NCBI GenBank assembly: GCA_000092065.1
Contig: CP000584.1
DNA length: 64,000 nt
From: Ostreococcus lucimarinus
Taxonomy: Eukaryota
Reading direction: 5' to 3' (one strand)
Shown piece after piece: positions 44,364 through 54,355 of the stretch (positions within the stretch are counted from its first letter, which is position 1; every line of letters starts with the position of its first letter). The notes under the pieces were generated by a model, which was not told the DNA's origin, made no database searches, and saw nothing but the letters and a program-made list of their open reading frames with translations. Both the position numbers and the translations under genes were made by a program.

Positions 44364-45224
44364 ATGACGTCCCGCGCGTGGAGTCCGCGCGTGGGCATCC
44401 GCGCGCCCCCAGAGCGTGAAAACAAACACTTCCACGCGCGTCGTCGTCGCTCGCACGCCTCCGCGTCGTCCTCGCGCGACGACGGCGTCGTCCGCACCGT
44501 GGCCAACGACCGAGAACTCTGGCTGGAGTCCTGGTTCGCGTGCGAAAATCCCGCCGCGTTGCGCGTGTTGGCCGGCATGCCCGTCGCGCAGGTCAACGCG
44601 CGTCGCATCGGTGCGCTGGACCCGGTTTCTAAAGTTTGGATTTGCGGCGGCGCGACGCTCGGGACGTTGTCCGCGGGCGCGCGAGGCGGCGGCGGCGACG
44701 CGTTCGTGCGCGAGCTCTGCAAGGTGGCCGGCGTCGAACATTTTGCCGTCGAAGACGACGATGGACGCTTGCCGTTACATCACGCCGCGGCGTTCGGACG
44801 CGAAGAAATCGTGCGCGCGCTGGTGGAGCTCGGATGCGACATCGACGCCCGAGACGAAAGCGAGGGGAGCACGGCGTTGATATTGGCGGCGTATTTTGAA
44901 CGCGCCGATGCCGTGGACGCATTGCTCGATCTCGGGGCTGATTTCTCGATCCGCGATGATGGGAACGTCACCGTGGGTGGACATCTGGCGCAACGGAAGA
45001 TGCGACCGCAGTTGTTGCGAGTGATGAAAGAGAGCGGTCCCGGCGGTCCTGGACGGTTGAAGCGCGGCGATAAATCTTACTTGGTCAAGCGACGTGCGCT
45101 GCAAAATGAACTCTCGGCGCTCGACGTGGACGATCTCTTAGAGTTGTCTCGTCACTGGGGCGTGCGCGGCGCGCCGGCGGAGAAAAAGAAGCTCATCGAG
45201 GCGTTGCTCGCGCGCACGCCGTGA
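44364..45224 (+). CDS. Ankyrin-repeat protein with a C-terminal SAP-like motif
   Basis: ANK repeats: DGRLPLHHAAAFGREEIVRALVELGCDIDARD and GSTALILAAYFERADAVDALLDLGADFS. The SAP-like helix-extended-helix is LSALDVDDLLELSRHWGVRGAPAEKKKLIEALL. The start is uncertain (ATGs at 44256, 44283 and 44364). Confidence 0.6.
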   Translation: MTSRAWSPRVGIRAPPERENKHFHARRRRSHASASSSRDDGVVRTVANDRELWLESWFACENPAALRVLAGMPVAQVNARRIGALDPVSKVWICGGATLGTLSAGARGGGGDAFVRELCKVAGVEHFAVEDDDGRLPLHHAAAFGREEIVRALVELGCDIDARDESEGSTALILAAYFERADAVDALLDLGADFSIRDDGNVTVGGHLAQRKMRPQLLRVMKESGPGGPGRLKRGDKSYLVKRRALQNELSALDVDDLLELSRHWGVRGAPAEKKKLIEALLARTP

Positions 45225-45486
45225 GATCGTAGCGACCGCGGCGGTTAGTCATCGCCGCCGCGACTCCGGAACCTACGGCGCGGCGAACGCGCGCTCGCGT
45301 CGGTTAGACTATAGCAGAATTATACAGTGGTGTAGCAGAAACAATAGTCCACAGCCCGAAAGCCAGAGGCGCCGTCGACGCCGTCGTCGTCCGTTCGCGT
45401 TCGCGTCGTCCCGCCGCTCCGCGCGTCTCCTCCGCATTCTCCCGCGCGCGCCGTCCGCGCGCCGCCGCGAGTCGGCGCGCGCGACG

Positions 45487-48276
45487 ATGCACGGCGTCAC
45501 CGCGTCTCCCCGCCTCGTCGTGCTCTACGCCTTTGTCGTGCACTTGATTTTCGTCTACGCCACGTTTGACGTGCACTTCCAGTCCCCGCTCGTCGCCGGC
45601 GTCGAGCGCGCCGACGCGCGACTGCGCGCGCCCGCGAGACGATTGGTGATATTCGTCGCCGACGGCGCGCGCGCGGACGCGGTGTTCGACGAAGCGCGAG
45701 GCGCGGCGCACGTGCGAAGTCGCGCGCGCGGCGGCGCGTGGGGCGTCTCGCACGCGCGAGCGCCGACGGAATCGAGACCGGGACACGTGGCGCTCTTGGG
45801 GGGGTTCTACGAGGACCCGAGCGCGATCACGAAAGGATGGAGCGCGAACCCGGTGGAGTTCGATCACCTGGTGAATCAGAGTAACAACGCGTGGGCGTGG
45901 GGCGCGCCGAGCGTGGTGCCGCTGTTCGCCGACGGCGTCGACGGAGCGAGACGGTTTTGTTACGACGAGACGCTGGAAGATTTTGCGAGCGCGAACGATC
46001 ACGGGGCGTTAGATGAGTGGGTGTTCGACCGCGTGGTGCGGTTTTTAGAGAGTAATGGGGTGGAAGGCTCGAGCGAGAGCGACGCGCTGGACGGCGACGG
46101 GAACGTGTTTCTGTTGCACTTGCTGGGCTTGGATTCGAGTGGACACGCGCACAAACCGCATTCGAGCGAGTATTTCGAAAATATTAGGATAGTAGATGAA
46201 GGTGTTCGCAGAGTGGAGGCGGCGTTCGTGGAGAGGTTTGGGGATGATGGAAAGACTGCTTTTGTTTTCACCGCCGATCACGGAATGTCGAATAAAGGCG
46301 CGCACGGCGACGGCGATCCTGGGTGCACGGAAACACCGTTGGTGGTTTGGGGCGCGGGTGTCGCCAGTGGGTCACAAAAAGTCGCGGGAGCGTGTCGTGG
46401 GACGCCCGAAACGCCGAAGGATTGGGGCATGGATCCCGAGACGAGGTGCGACGTTGATCAAGCCGACGTCGCGCCTTTGGGTGCGACGCTCATTGGATTT
46501 CCACCGCCTCGTCACAACTCGGGCTTGCTCCCCAGCGCGTACTTGAGCGATAAACCCGAAGATCTTAAGTCGTCCGCGATGATTGCGAACGCCAAGCAAT
46601 TGCTGGCGCTTCACGATCTCAAGGCGTCGCGCACTGCAAAGCGCGCGCTCAGCGCTTTGTTTTCTTTCAAGCTCCACCCAGATATGATTAGCGTCTCATC
46701 GCAAGTCGCGGAGTACGAGCGACTCGACCGGCTTGGTCGACACGACGACGCGACACGCGGTGCAAATCAAGTCGCGCGCGCGTGTTTGAGAGGGTTGGAA
46801 TATTTACACACGTACGACCGGGCGCTTTTGCAAGCCGTCGTCGTGTCGTGTTTTGCGACGTGGATGATTTTACTTGCAGTCAATTTGCTTCCGCGAAGAA
46901 AAGGGGAATGCGAAACGCCGACTGGTATACCGTTGACGCTGGCGCTGATTTATGCCGGTGTCGTGAGCGTGATTCTTCTGGCCCGCCGCGCGCCGCCCAC
47001 GTACTTTTTGTACTTCGGTCTCCCGGCGTATTTTTTGTTGGGTATCGTGAACACGCTTTCCGCTGTGAAAATAGAAAGTATCGCCGACATTAGCTTACTG
47101 AACGTCGGTATTTGTCTTGTCGGCGCGTTTGCGGTGGCTGAAACGATATGTAACGGTTTTCACGATCGCTTCGTGTTTTCATACGCGTTTGCATTCGGGT
47201 CGGCGCTTTTAGTCGCACTCGCGATACGCTTGCTGTTTCGTCGAGATTTTGACAACGCTACACGTGCCGCTGTGATGGCTATCAGCACAGCTATGTTGGC
47301 GCCGTTCACCATGCTTTCAATTGAGCTGGAAGCGAACACGGAGATGATCGTCTCAGGATTGCTTGCGAGTGCGCTCCTCGGCACCACGACGCACGTTTTG
47401 ATTCGGCCGCTTGATATTTTTCAGGACGACGCCGTCGACAGGGAAACTAAGCGCCGACCGGGTCAGACTGTTTTCGCGTTGCAAATATTAATGGTTCTTA
47501 CTACTGGCGTATTGGTGACCGCCGTCGACGGTTTACAGCGCGACAAGTTGCCCGTTCCAACGTCTATGCACGCCGCATCGTGGATCGTCGCGTTGATGGC
47601 ACCCATCTTGCCCATGTTTTCACCACCGCGAACGCTGCCGCGAATGATTAGTGTGTTCCTTGGGTTTGCATCGACGTATGGACTGTTCTCCGTGTCGTAC
47701 GAGTCCCTGTTCTACGCTTGTCTCGGGTTTTGTCTTCTTTCGTGGATGATTCTGGAGCGCGGCTTACAAGCGCCCTCACCGGCAAAGTCCAAAATGTTCA
47801 CCCGTACCATCATCCCGAGCGATCTCCGCCACGCCGCTATGTTCTTATTTCTCATCGATGCAGCCTTCTTCGGCACGGGCAATATCGCATCCATCGCATC
47901 CTTCGACCTCAGCAGCGTCTACAGATTCACCACCCGCTTCAACCCGTTCCTCATGGGCGCGCTCCTCGTCCTCAAGGTATTACTCCCCATGATCACCGTC
48001 GCCGCCGCCTTTCTCGTCGTCTTGAAATCCTCCCGCGTTCCTGCGTTCGAGTCGTACTTCATGTTTCTCATCTTGAGCGACATCATGGCTGTCAGATTCT
48101 TCTTTCAAATCACCACCGTCGGCAGTTGGCTCGACATCGGCTCGAGTGTGTCGCGTTACGCGTTGATGGGAACGCAAGTCGTCACCATTTTACCATTCTT
48201 AGCCTTGGCCCAGATCTTCACGCGAGCTTTGCCCGTGAACGGGCGTACCGCAATCATTCGCACCAAGCGCGATTAG
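45487..48276 (+). CDS. PIGN: GPI ethanolamine-phosphate transferase 1 (PIG-N / MCD4)
   Basis: The N-terminal phosphodiesterase-type domain has TFDVHFQSPLV, RLVIFVADGARAD, APTESRPGHVALLGGFYEDPSAITKGW, LHLLGLDSSGHAHKP and FTADHGMSNKGAHGDG. It is followed by about 14 TM helices. Confidence 0.9.
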   Translation: MHGVTASPRLVVLYAFVVHLIFVYATFDVHFQSPLVAGVERADARLRAPARRLVIFVADGARADAVFDEARGAAHVRSRARGGAWGVSHARAPTESRPGHVALLGGFYEDPSAITKGWSANPVEFDHLVNQSNNAWAWGAPSVVPLFADGVDGARRFCYDETLEDFASANDHGALDEWVFDRVVRFLESNGVEGSSESDALDGDGNVFLLHLLGLDSSGHAHKPHSSEYFENIRIVDEGVRRVEAAFVERFGDDGKTAFVFTADHGMSNKGAHGDGDPGCTETPLVVWGAGVASGSQKVAGACRGTPETPKDWGMDPETRCDVDQADVAPLGATLIGFPPPRHNSGLLPSAYLSDKPEDLKSSAMIANAKQLLALHDLKASRTAKRALSALFSFKLHPDMISVSSQVAEYERLDRLGRHDDATRGANQVARACLRGLEYLHTYDRALLQAVVVSCFATWMILLAVNLLPRRKGECETPTGIPLTLALIYAGVVSVILLARRAPPTYFLYFGLPAYFLLGIVNTLSAVKIESIADISLLNVGICLVGAFAVAETICNGFHDRFVFSYAFAFGSALLVALAIRLLFRRDFDNATRAAVMAISTAMLAPFTMLSIELEANTEMIVSGLLASALLGTTTHVLIRPLDIFQDDAVDRETKRRPGQTVFALQILMVLTTGVLVTAVDGLQRDKLPVPTSMHAASWIVALMAPILPMFSPPRTLPRMISVFLGFASTYGLFSVSYESLFYACLGFCLLSWMILERGLQAPSPAKSKMFTRTIIPSDLRHAAMFLFLIDAAFFGTGNIASIASFDLSSVYRFTTRFNPFLMGALLVLKVLLPMITVAAAFLVVLKSSRVPAFESYFMFLILSDIMAVRFFFQITTVGSWLDIGSSVSRYALMGTQVVTILPFLALAQIFTRALPVNGRTAIIRTKRD

Positions 48277-48287
48277 CTTAACTTGTC

Positions 48288-48294
48288 TATAAAT
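48288..48294 (+). promoter_or_regulatory. TATAAAT box candidate for the RED gene
   Basis: It lies 12 nt after the PIG-N stop and 64 nt before the RED ATG. Confidence 0.35.
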
Positions 48295-48357
48295 CGCGAC
48301 TCGCGACGCACGACGCGTTCGCGCCGCGTTCGCCGTCGCCGCCTCACAATCAGCCTC

Positions 48358-49857
48358 ATGAGCCGACCTTACGCCAACCCGGCGCCACCGTCCGGGGACC
48401 CCCCTAAAACGAACGATGACTTTAGGGCGATGCTTTTAAGCGGCAAATCGCGCGAGCAACCGCGCGGCGGTGCGAAAAAGTCGAAAAACTCGTCGAAAAA
48501 GCCACACGAAGTTCGAGGAAAGAATTCGTCGCGCGCGGACGAGGACGCGTACAGAGACCGCGCGCGCGAGCGGCGCGAACGCGGTGACGATGCGAATGAC
48601 GCTCTGGACGGCCCAAGCGCGGAAGCCGCGCTCGGACGCGAACGTGGGGTGTTCGAGCGGGAAGACGCGGCGACGCGCGGGGACGGGACGGCGACGACGA
48701 CGGAGTACGCTCGAATGAAAACGATTGAGGAGAGTAAATACCTCGGAGGAGACGTCGAAAGAACGCATTTAGTGAAAGGATTAGATTTTGCGCTGTTGAA
48801 TAAGGTTCGGAGCGAGATTAAGGACACGAAGGCGATGGAAGATGAAGAGCGGGTGGCCGCGACGGCGGAACGAGAGGGCGGGAAGCCGAGATTTACAACA
48901 GCTTCGGCTCGAGCGATTTATGAGTTTATGAGGAATGGATCGAAAGCAAGCGTGCGTGGGAAAGCGCATAACATAGCAAGTGGTGCGGTAAGTTATAGTT
49001 TTGATTTAGCGGCGAACTCGAGGCGAGATGTGCCGACGACGTTGCACAAGGCGACGGACGATGACGGCATGGCGGGTGTGCGCGCGCTTCGAGCGTACGT
49101 CGATCCCGCGAAGGATGCGTCTCTTCTCGTGCGTTTGGGCAAGTTGATGCACTACTTGGCGCTGGGTTCTACCAACGCAATCAAGAAATTTCGACGGGAA
49201 GAGCGAAGAACGGCGGCGGAAGAGGCGAAGGCGAAGGCTGAAGCGGCGGCGCGCGCCGCGCGCGTCGACGCGCCGGATGCGGCGCCGGGAGACGCGTCGA
49301 GCGACGAAGACATCTTTGCCGATGCGGGAAAAGATTACGAACCGACGTACGAGAAAAAAGAGGATACGGCGGCGAGTGATAAAGATGCGACCGCGTCGCG
49401 GGCAATTTTTGGTAACGAAGCGAGTGCGCCCGCGCCCAAGGCGAAGCAAATCGCCGCCGACGACTACGTCGAAGAGGAAGACGAAGACCGCCCCGTCAAC
49501 GCCTTCGCGTCGTTCGGTGATTACGACGAGTGCTACCCCGGCTACGATGTCGACATGGACGACACCGGTGGTTTTGACAAGCGCGGCGATAAGGGCAACG
49601 CCGACGGCGAAGGCGCGAGCGAAGAAGCGGCGAAGAAGGACGCGCTTCGCAAAAAGCGTCAACTCGGCAACGAGTTTAGCAAAATCCGCGCGCTCGTCAA
49701 GGACAAGTTCGGCGAAAAAGACGACGTTGCGTTCGAGGACGAATCCAAAAAGTCTAAAGCCCCCAAGCAAACCGCCCCCGCGGCTTCGAAGGAGAAACGA
49801 AGCGACGACACCGATGGCCGCGGCGGCGGCGGCGCTAGAAAAAAGCTTCGCTTGTGA
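48358..49857 (+). CDS. RED / IK (SMU2-type) spliceosome-associated protein
   Basis: YRDRARERRER and EESKYLGGDVERTHLVKGLDFALLNKVRSEI match the RED N-terminal signature. The tail is acidic/basic and low-complexity. The first ATG is 48358. Confidence 0.8.
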   Translation: MSRPYANPAPPSGDPPKTNDDFRAMLLSGKSREQPRGGAKKSKNSSKKPHEVRGKNSSRADEDAYRDRARERRERGDDANDALDGPSAEAALGRERGVFEREDAATRGDGTATTTEYARMKTIEESKYLGGDVERTHLVKGLDFALLNKVRSEIKDTKAMEDEERVAATAEREGGKPRFTTASARAIYEFMRNGSKASVRGKAHNIASGAVSYSFDLAANSRRDVPTTLHKATDDDGMAGVRALRAYVDPAKDASLLVRLGKLMHYLALGSTNAIKKFRREERRTAAEEAKAKAEAAARAARVDAPDAAPGDASSDEDIFADAGKDYEPTYEKKEDTAASDKDATASRAIFGNEASAPAPKAKQIAADDYVEEEDEDRPVNAFASFGDYDECYPGYDVDMDDTGGFDKRGDKGNADGEGASEEAAKKDALRKKRQLGNEFSKIRALVKDKFGEKDDVAFEDESKKSKAPKQTAPAASKEKRSDDTDGRGGGGARKKLRL

Positions 49858-49864
49858 TACCACC

Positions 49865-50659
49865 ATGCCTGCGTCCGCACATCGAGCCCCCATGACCGCG
49901 TCAACGCGCGCTCGATCGCACGTCGACTTTTCGCGACGCTTCGCATCGCTTCGCGCGCGCGCATCGACGAGCGCGCGCGCGTCCGCTCGCGAAAGTCCCG
50001 CGAAAGTGCAACTGGAGATGTCCCAGTGCTTCGCTTTGGTCGAGCGTCACGGGCGCGGTGCGGTGTATCTGGGCAGCGCTCGCGTGCCCGAGACGCACTC
50101 GCACTACGCACGCACGCGTGAACTCGCGAAGGACATCGCGACGTTACTAGACTGCACGACGTGGTCCGGTTTAGGTCCCGGGCTCATGGACGCGGCGACG
50201 CGCGGCGCCCTCGACGCCGAACGCGCCGCCGCGGGATTCATGATCCTCCTCGAAGCGGGCGGCGCGAGACAAGAGACTCGAGAGCATCCATATTTACCGC
50301 GCGAGTGTTACCTGAACACGAGCTTCTTCAGCGCGCGTAAGCACGGATTGGTGGACGCCGGCGTGCGCTCCGCGCTCGAAGAAAAGACGTGCTTCGTCGC
50401 GTTACCGGGCGGCGTCGGTACCCTGGACGAAATCTTCGAAATCTTAGCGCTTCTACAGCTCAAACGCATCGGCACAAGTCATCCCGTGCCGTTCATCGTC
50501 ATGAATTACGATGGATGTTACGACGGGTTGTTGGAATTTTTAAGGCGCGACATGGTCGGATACGGCGCGCTCGCCGAGAACGAGCTCGCCCCGCATTGGA
50601 TCGCGTGCGACACGAACGAGCAAGCCTTAGCCCACCTTCGCGATTTCTACTCAATTTAG
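49865..50659 (+). CDS. LOG / lysine-decarboxylase-like (TIGR00730) family protein
   Basis: AVYLGSARV, WSGLGPGLMDAATRGA and the PGGVGTLDEIFE motif. The start is uncertain: ATG 49865 lies only 7 nt after the RED stop. Alternatives are 49892 and 50018 (MSQCFALVERHG). Confidence 0.7.
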   Translation: MPASAHRAPMTASTRARSHVDFSRRFASLRARASTSARASARESPAKVQLEMSQCFALVERHGRGAVYLGSARVPETHSHYARTRELAKDIATLLDCTTWSGLGPGLMDAATRGALDAERAAAGFMILLEAGGARQETREHPYLPRECYLNTSFFSARKHGLVDAGVRSALEEKTCFVALPGGVGTLDEIFEILALLQLKRIGTSHPVPFIVMNYDGCYDGLLEFLRRDMVGYGALAENELAPHWIACDTNEQALAHLRDFYSI

Positions 50660-50976
50660 AGCGCTTTCTTTCCTCGTCTCTGCGTCTCGAGCGCGTCGTC
50701 GGCGTTCGCGCGAGGTTCGCGACGCCGTCGCCAACCGTCCCCGACCGTCCCGGCCGCGCGTCGTCACTCATCGCCGCGTCCGACGCGTCGTCGACCGCGC
50801 CGATCGCGAGTCACGCGAGTCACGCGCGTTTCGTCGTCTTCCATCGACGCGCGACGCGCGTTCGCGACGCGCGACGCGCGGTAATCGTCGAATTCCAACC
50901 AACCGACCGAATCCGACGCGGACGACGCGACGACGGCGCTCGACGCGCGCGCTCGGACGGCGCGGACGCGCGCGCG

Positions 50977-52011
50977 ATGGCGGAAGACGCGCGCGGTGAC
51001 GATGCGTTCGACGACGCGGACGCGGCGCTGCGGACGCGGGCGATGTACGTCAAGGTGAAATTCGCGGACGCGCGCGGCGACGGCGACGGCGGCGAGGGAC
51101 GGCGACGAGGCGACGGCGACGGAGGCGCGGTGATCGCGCGGTTTCGCGACGCGGGCTCGAGGCATGGGAAGACGGGCGATGGAAAGAGCGCGCGAAGCGC
51201 GTCGTCGATTCGCGTCAACGGTGCGGCGGTGGCGAGTGGAGAGGCGGAGATTACGTTTCGACGCGAACGCGAAGGGGCGTGGATGAGCATGGATGAGGTG
51301 CGCTTCGTCGGGGACTTTGATTTTGAGCTCGCGCTCGATCGAGAGATGTGGGCGATGGGGACGGGTCGAAAGAATGAAGACGGCACGTGGTCGATGGTGA
51401 TGACGCCCGGGGCGTCGCTGACGCGAACGGTGTCGAGAGAGGCGGAGCGGGTGTTTTACGCGGCGGCGGGCGCGCTCCCGAAGTCGCCGAAAACCGCGGA
51501 GTGCCGGGTGGAGTTCGGCATCGTCGGGATGTCTCAAGATGAACGCGTGTGTTTGGTGAATCAGATCGATCTACCGTTGGAGAAAGTTTTAGGGCGCGCG
51601 CAAAAGCGTATCGCACCGGTAATGGTGGGCGAGACTAGCGCGATGTTGCCCGCGATCGACGAGCACACTGGAATATCGACAGCTTCTGTGAGCGTCGACG
51701 CCGTCAACGCCGCCGCGAGGCAGCACCACAAGACGCACTGGTCCTCGTTTCTCGATCGAGGCGATATGGATAATCTTGCCATACTGAGTAAGATGCGACA
51801 GCGATACGAGTCCATGATGGACTATCAGGACGATTATCCCGCCGATCCCGTCAAGCTGAGCTGGTTTGACGCTTCGCTTCGTTTGGGCATCGGCGTCGGT
51901 TTGGGCGTAATCTTAGGCGCTGGATTGGGCGTTGGGGTCGTAGTTAATGGATTCCGCACGATCAGCACCAAAAGGCTTAGATCTAATCCGAAAGCCGACG
52001 CAGAAGTCTGA
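50977..52011 (+). CDS. Hypothetical protein with a C-terminal glycine-zipper transmembrane segment
   Basis: The ATG at 50977 lies within track ORF 50389..52011. The C-terminus reads WFDASLRLGIGVGLGVILGAGLGVGVVVNGF. No family firmly recognised. Confidence 0.5.
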   Translation: MAEDARGDDAFDDADAALRTRAMYVKVKFADARGDGDGGEGRRRGDGDGGAVIARFRDAGSRHGKTGDGKSARSASSIRVNGAAVASGEAEITFRREREGAWMSMDEVRFVGDFDFELALDREMWAMGTGRKNEDGTWSMVMTPGASLTRTVSREAERVFYAAAGALPKSPKTAECRVEFGIVGMSQDERVCLVNQIDLPLEKVLGRAQKRIAPVMVGETSAMLPAIDEHTGISTASVSVDAVNAAARQHHKTHWSSFLDRGDMDNLAILSKMRQRYESMMDYQDDYPADPVKLSWFDASLRLGIGVGLGVILGAGLGVGVVVNGFRTISTKRLRSNPKADAEV

Positions 52012-52037
52012 AAAGACGACACCATGTATGCAGCAGC

Positions 52038-52042
52038 TGTAA
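52038..52042 (+). terminator. Candidate TGTAA poly(A) signal
   Basis: It lies 27 nt after the stop at 52009..52011. Confidence 0.3.
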
Positions 52043-52131
52043 TCATCACGCATTTAGACGTCTCGCAAAAAGACAACTCGCGCGCGCACGTCAAGACAAC
52101 GGGATATTTTCGATTTAAAGGCTAATTAAAT

Positions 52132-52183
52132 TTCAGGGCGGTTGCGCTAGGGTATCGTTCAGGGCGGTTGCGCTAGGGTATCG
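52132..52183. repeat. Perfect 26-bp tandem duplication in a convergent 3' spacer
   Basis: ttcagggcggttgcgctagggtatcg occurs at 52132..52157 and again at 52158..52183. Confidence 0.9.
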
Positions 52184-52203
52184 GTGCTCGTCTAGTCAAT
52201 CAA

Positions 52204-53022
52204 TCAGGTTGTGTACCCCAACTGGTGCAATAACTGAACCAACCACTTTTGAGTGGCGACGTCGTCCTTCAGGTACGCCGTGAACGCTGGATCCCTCAAC
52301 TGATCCGGAAAGCACTGTCTCAAGCAATCTCTCGCCCGCGGGTTATCGCTTAATCTCAAGTAGCATCGAATGATGTGCTTCAGCAAACGCACGCTCGGCT
52401 GCTCCGCGAGCTGCGTGACCATCCCCCCCAAAACCGTCCCCACCGCGTAGCAGCGCTCCGCCGTGGCGCAAATGTACGACAATCCCACCTCATCGCTCAA
52501 AATCTTTTGCACAATGAACGTCGCCACCGTCTTACTCAACTCACTCCCCAACTCCATCGTTCGCAGGCACAGCGGAATGATTTCTGTGCTCAACAAAAAG
52601 TTGATCACCTCGGTGTCGTCCATCTTCACCAGCGCCCCGATCACCCCCAGCGACGTCAACCGCAGGTACTCGAACGGCCGCGTCTTACTCACCGTGTTCA
52701 AGAACGGGTACAAGAACAACGGAATGTGCGCCGCGAGGAACAATCCTCGCGTATCGGGATGACTCGCCACGCACTGCAGCAGCGCCAGCGCGTTGCACAC
52801 GCGATTGCTCGCGTGATTCGTCAGGCTCGGCGGGTTGAGCAGCGGGTAGATCGCCACGATCTCTTGCAACAGCGCCGGCACGACGCCGAACGAGAACCAA
52901 AGCGTCGGCGCGAGATCCGCAAACATGTCGCGCTTTTTACTCAGGTCCAAGAGCGCGTTCTCGCGCGTTTCCGGGTCTTGCAGCGCGGCGACCAGGGCTT
53001 CCATTTGCGCCGTCGCCGCCAT
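52204..53022 (-). CDS. CNOT9: CCR4-NOT complex subunit 9 (CAF40 / RCD1)
   Basis: Near full-length match to the highly conserved RCD1 armadillo core: [129 protein letters not shown]. Confidence 0.95.
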   Translation of the reverse strand: MAATAQMEALVAALQDPETRENALLDLSKKRDMFADLAPTLWFSFGVVPALLQEIVAIYPLLNPPSLTNHASNRVCNALALLQCVASHPDTRGLFLAAHIPLFLYPFLNTVSKTRPFEYLRLTSLGVIGALVKMDDTEVINFLLSTEIIPLCLRTMELGSELSKTVATFIVQKILSDEVGLSYICATAERCYAVGTVLGGMVTQLAEQPSVRLLKHIIRCYLRLSDNPRARDCLRQCFPDQLRDPAFTAYLKDDVATQKWLVQLLHQLGYTT

Positions 53023-53230
53023 CGTTCGCGCGTGTTCGTCGCGCGCGCGCGCACAGTGCGTCGCTCACGTCGCGGCCGAGCGCACGTCGATGCGCGTTTT
53101 ATCGATGCGTCGACGCGTCGTTCGAGCGCGCGCGTCGTGGCGCGCGGTGCGCGGCGAGATCTGACGCGAATCGCGACTTTGCAGCGCTCGTGGATCGCAG
53201 CGGACGTCACGTGCCGACGCGTCGCGCGTC

Positions 53231-54301
53231 ATGCGGAGGCGCCGCGCGCCGTTCGAGGGCGTCGCGACGTGGATGGTGGTGCTGTGCGCGTCGTGCGTCG
53301 CGTCGCGCGCGAACGGCGCGCTCGGTGCGACGTGGTTGCGCGCGTACGTGGACGATTCTGGGCGAACATCGGGCCCGCGCGTGCGCCGCATCGAAACGGC
53401 CGCGATCGGCGGCGAAGGGTGGTCCGACGCGTGGGATCTCGAGTCAGGGAGCGCGGAGCACGTGCGACACGCGTACACTGGGGCGGAGATGAATCGGATG
53501 TTCGCGAGGGTGCCCGCGGCGGCGCCGGTGGTGTACACGACGCCGCAGCGGTCGTGGATCGACGTGGGCGTATCGAACGAGTTCGATCGTAAAGTGCTCG
53601 TCGAAGCGAGCGATGATGACGGTGAGAGTGATGGGGTGGATGAGAAGGAGAGGCACGACGGAGATGAGGCGTTGCGTGAGAAGAAGAACAAGTATTTTAT
53701 GTCCAGCGTAAGCGCGTCTTCGCTGCAGCACATGTTGAACAAGTACGGAGGGACGGTAGATAGCGCGTTTGAGACGATCAATCGACGGTTGGAGATTGAT
53801 CCGAATAATCCAGTGCTGTGGGCGGACCTGGGGAACACGCACAGGATCATGGCGGAGAATAAAGAGGCGGCGGAGTGCTTTGCCAAGGCGTTGCGAATCA
53901 TGAAACATCCCGAGCTGTATCAGTTGCTTGGCACATGCTTAGTAGTGACCGAGCGCACCGAAGAAGCGATCGGGATTTTCAAGCAAGGTATGGAGACGTT
54001 TCCGGGCGATCCAGCGTCGACGTTTAGTTTGGCTTTGGTGTATCTGCAGCTCGAGCAGTGGCACGACGCCATCGTCGTGCTCGAGGCGTTGACTCGCGTC
54101 AATCCAACCTTCGCCGGCGGATTGGCGAACGAACATTTACTCATCGCCAGAAGGCAACTGCAGCGCGAATCGTCCGGGCGTATAGATGCGGGAGTGTTCG
54201 TCATATTCGTGGTCACCCTTGTCGCCCTCGCGTGGTTGCAGATGTCGCGTCATTTCCAACGAGTGAAAAAGGCGCACTCGCGCAAGCAAAAGCGGCGATG
54301 A
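53231..54301 (+). CDS. TPR-repeat protein with an N-terminal signal sequence and a C-terminal transmembrane anchor
   Basis: Signal-like WMVVLCASCVASRANG. TPR-like helices (NPVLWADLGNTHRIMAENKEAAECFAKAL.., STFSLALVYLQLEQWHDAIVVLEAL). The TM is VFVIFVVTLVALAWL, followed by a basic tail. Confidence 0.6.
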   Translation: MRRRRAPFEGVATWMVVLCASCVASRANGALGATWLRAYVDDSGRTSGPRVRRIETAAIGGEGWSDAWDLESGSAEHVRHAYTGAEMNRMFARVPAAAPVVYTTPQRSWIDVGVSNEFDRKVLVEASDDDGESDGVDEKERHDGDEALREKKNKYFMSSVSASSLQHMLNKYGGTVDSAFETINRRLEIDPNNPVLWADLGNTHRIMAENKEAAECFAKALRIMKHPELYQLLGTCLVVTERTEEAIGIFKQGMETFPGDPASTFSLALVYLQLEQWHDAIVVLEALTRVNPTFAGGLANEHLLIARRQLQRESSGRIDAGVFVIFVVTLVALAWLQMSRHFQRVKKAHSRKQKRR

Positions 54302-54321
54302 TGCGTTCAATCAGAGCGTTG

Positions 54322-54326
54322 TTACA
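54322..54326 (-). terminator. Candidate TGTAA poly(A) signal for gene 54356..55813
   Basis: The plus strand reads ttaca, 30 nt after the minus-strand stop. The whole convergent spacer is only 54 nt. Confidence 0.3.
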
Positions 54327-54355
54327 TTTTAGCTATAGTTCGTAATAGAAACCAT

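Noticed and set aside
20269-48276. ALG9 and PIG-N as a physical glycosylation or ER gene cluster.
   Set aside because: They lie about 23 kb apart, with more than a dozen functionally unrelated genes between them. No other pathway members are nearby.
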